Origin: the human T2T-CHM13v2.0 reference genome, Homo sapiens
Assembly (NCBI RefSeq): GCF_009914755.1
Contig: NC_060947.1
DNA: 64,000 nucleotides
Direction: 5' to 3' (one strand)
Shown here: positions 63,603 to 64,000 of the stretch, in pieces
Layout: each line of letters starts with the position of its first letter
How positions within the stretch are numbered: position 1 is the stretch's first letter
Notes under the pieces: generated by a model
What the model saw: only the letters and a program-made list of their open reading frames with translations
Database searches by the model: none
What the model was told of the DNA's origin: nothing
Made by a program: the position numbers and the translations under genes

Positions 63603-64000
63603 CAGAATCAGATATTTAGAGACCTGAGGCAGCACTAGTACTAAGCAAAATAATAAAGGAGTGGTTAATCTGTGTCACCCAACTGCCTCTTTTGTACCCT
63701 TTTCAGCTCTTCTTTTCTTTTAGAATCTCCAGTTTTTTCCAAATACCTAGCTTGTCCTTCTTTTTTTCTTTTTCTCTTCTTCCTGAGTGTAGCTTCCAGA
63801 AGGTGTGGGGGGCTTTTGCTTATTTCTAAAGATGCCTTAACATGAGTAAAGTTTTATCCACTGATAGAGCATCCCACCTGTAGACTCTTCCATTCTAAAT
63901 GTTAGGAGAGATATTTTAGAGCAAGTTGTACCTGTCTGCCATTCTTTAAATTATGCCATGTAAGTGCTTTCTGCCTGAGTACGTAAATATGTGCCTGACT

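Noticed and set aside
63690-63790. Polypyrimidine/AG sites as the LUZP4 exon 2 acceptor
   Set aside because: The downstream bases do not complete the Asp codon and continue DII, so exon 2 should lie beyond the window.

Overview
Primate (very probably human) X-chromosome DNA, AT-rich and mostly transposable elements (Alu, L1PA/L1MA/L1M, L2, L3/CR1, MIR, MaLR and ERV1 solo LTRs, hAT DNA transposons). The only real host coding sequence I can support is too short for the ORF track. It is the first coding exon of the cancer-testis mRNA-export adaptor LUZP4 (ATG 52352 to donor after 52442; MASFRKLTLSEKVPPNHPSRKKVNFLDMSL-D), with a CpG-rich promoter upstream. Intron 1 runs to the end of the window, and I did not find exon 2. 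From recalled gene order (not visible here), the first ~52 kb is intergenic between the divergent LRCH2 and LUZP4 at Xq23. The supplied ORFs are Alu-, L1- or low-complexity-derived or chance ORFs. I find no new multi-gene system. The best leads are small: an RVxF (PP1-docking) motif abutting the UAP56-binding motif, an overlapping uORF, an RFX+NF-Y promoter module, a repeatedly hit insertion site at an LTR TATA box, and several local templated or fold-back duplications. TE subfamily names come from recalled consensus sequences, and boundaries without TSDs are approximate.
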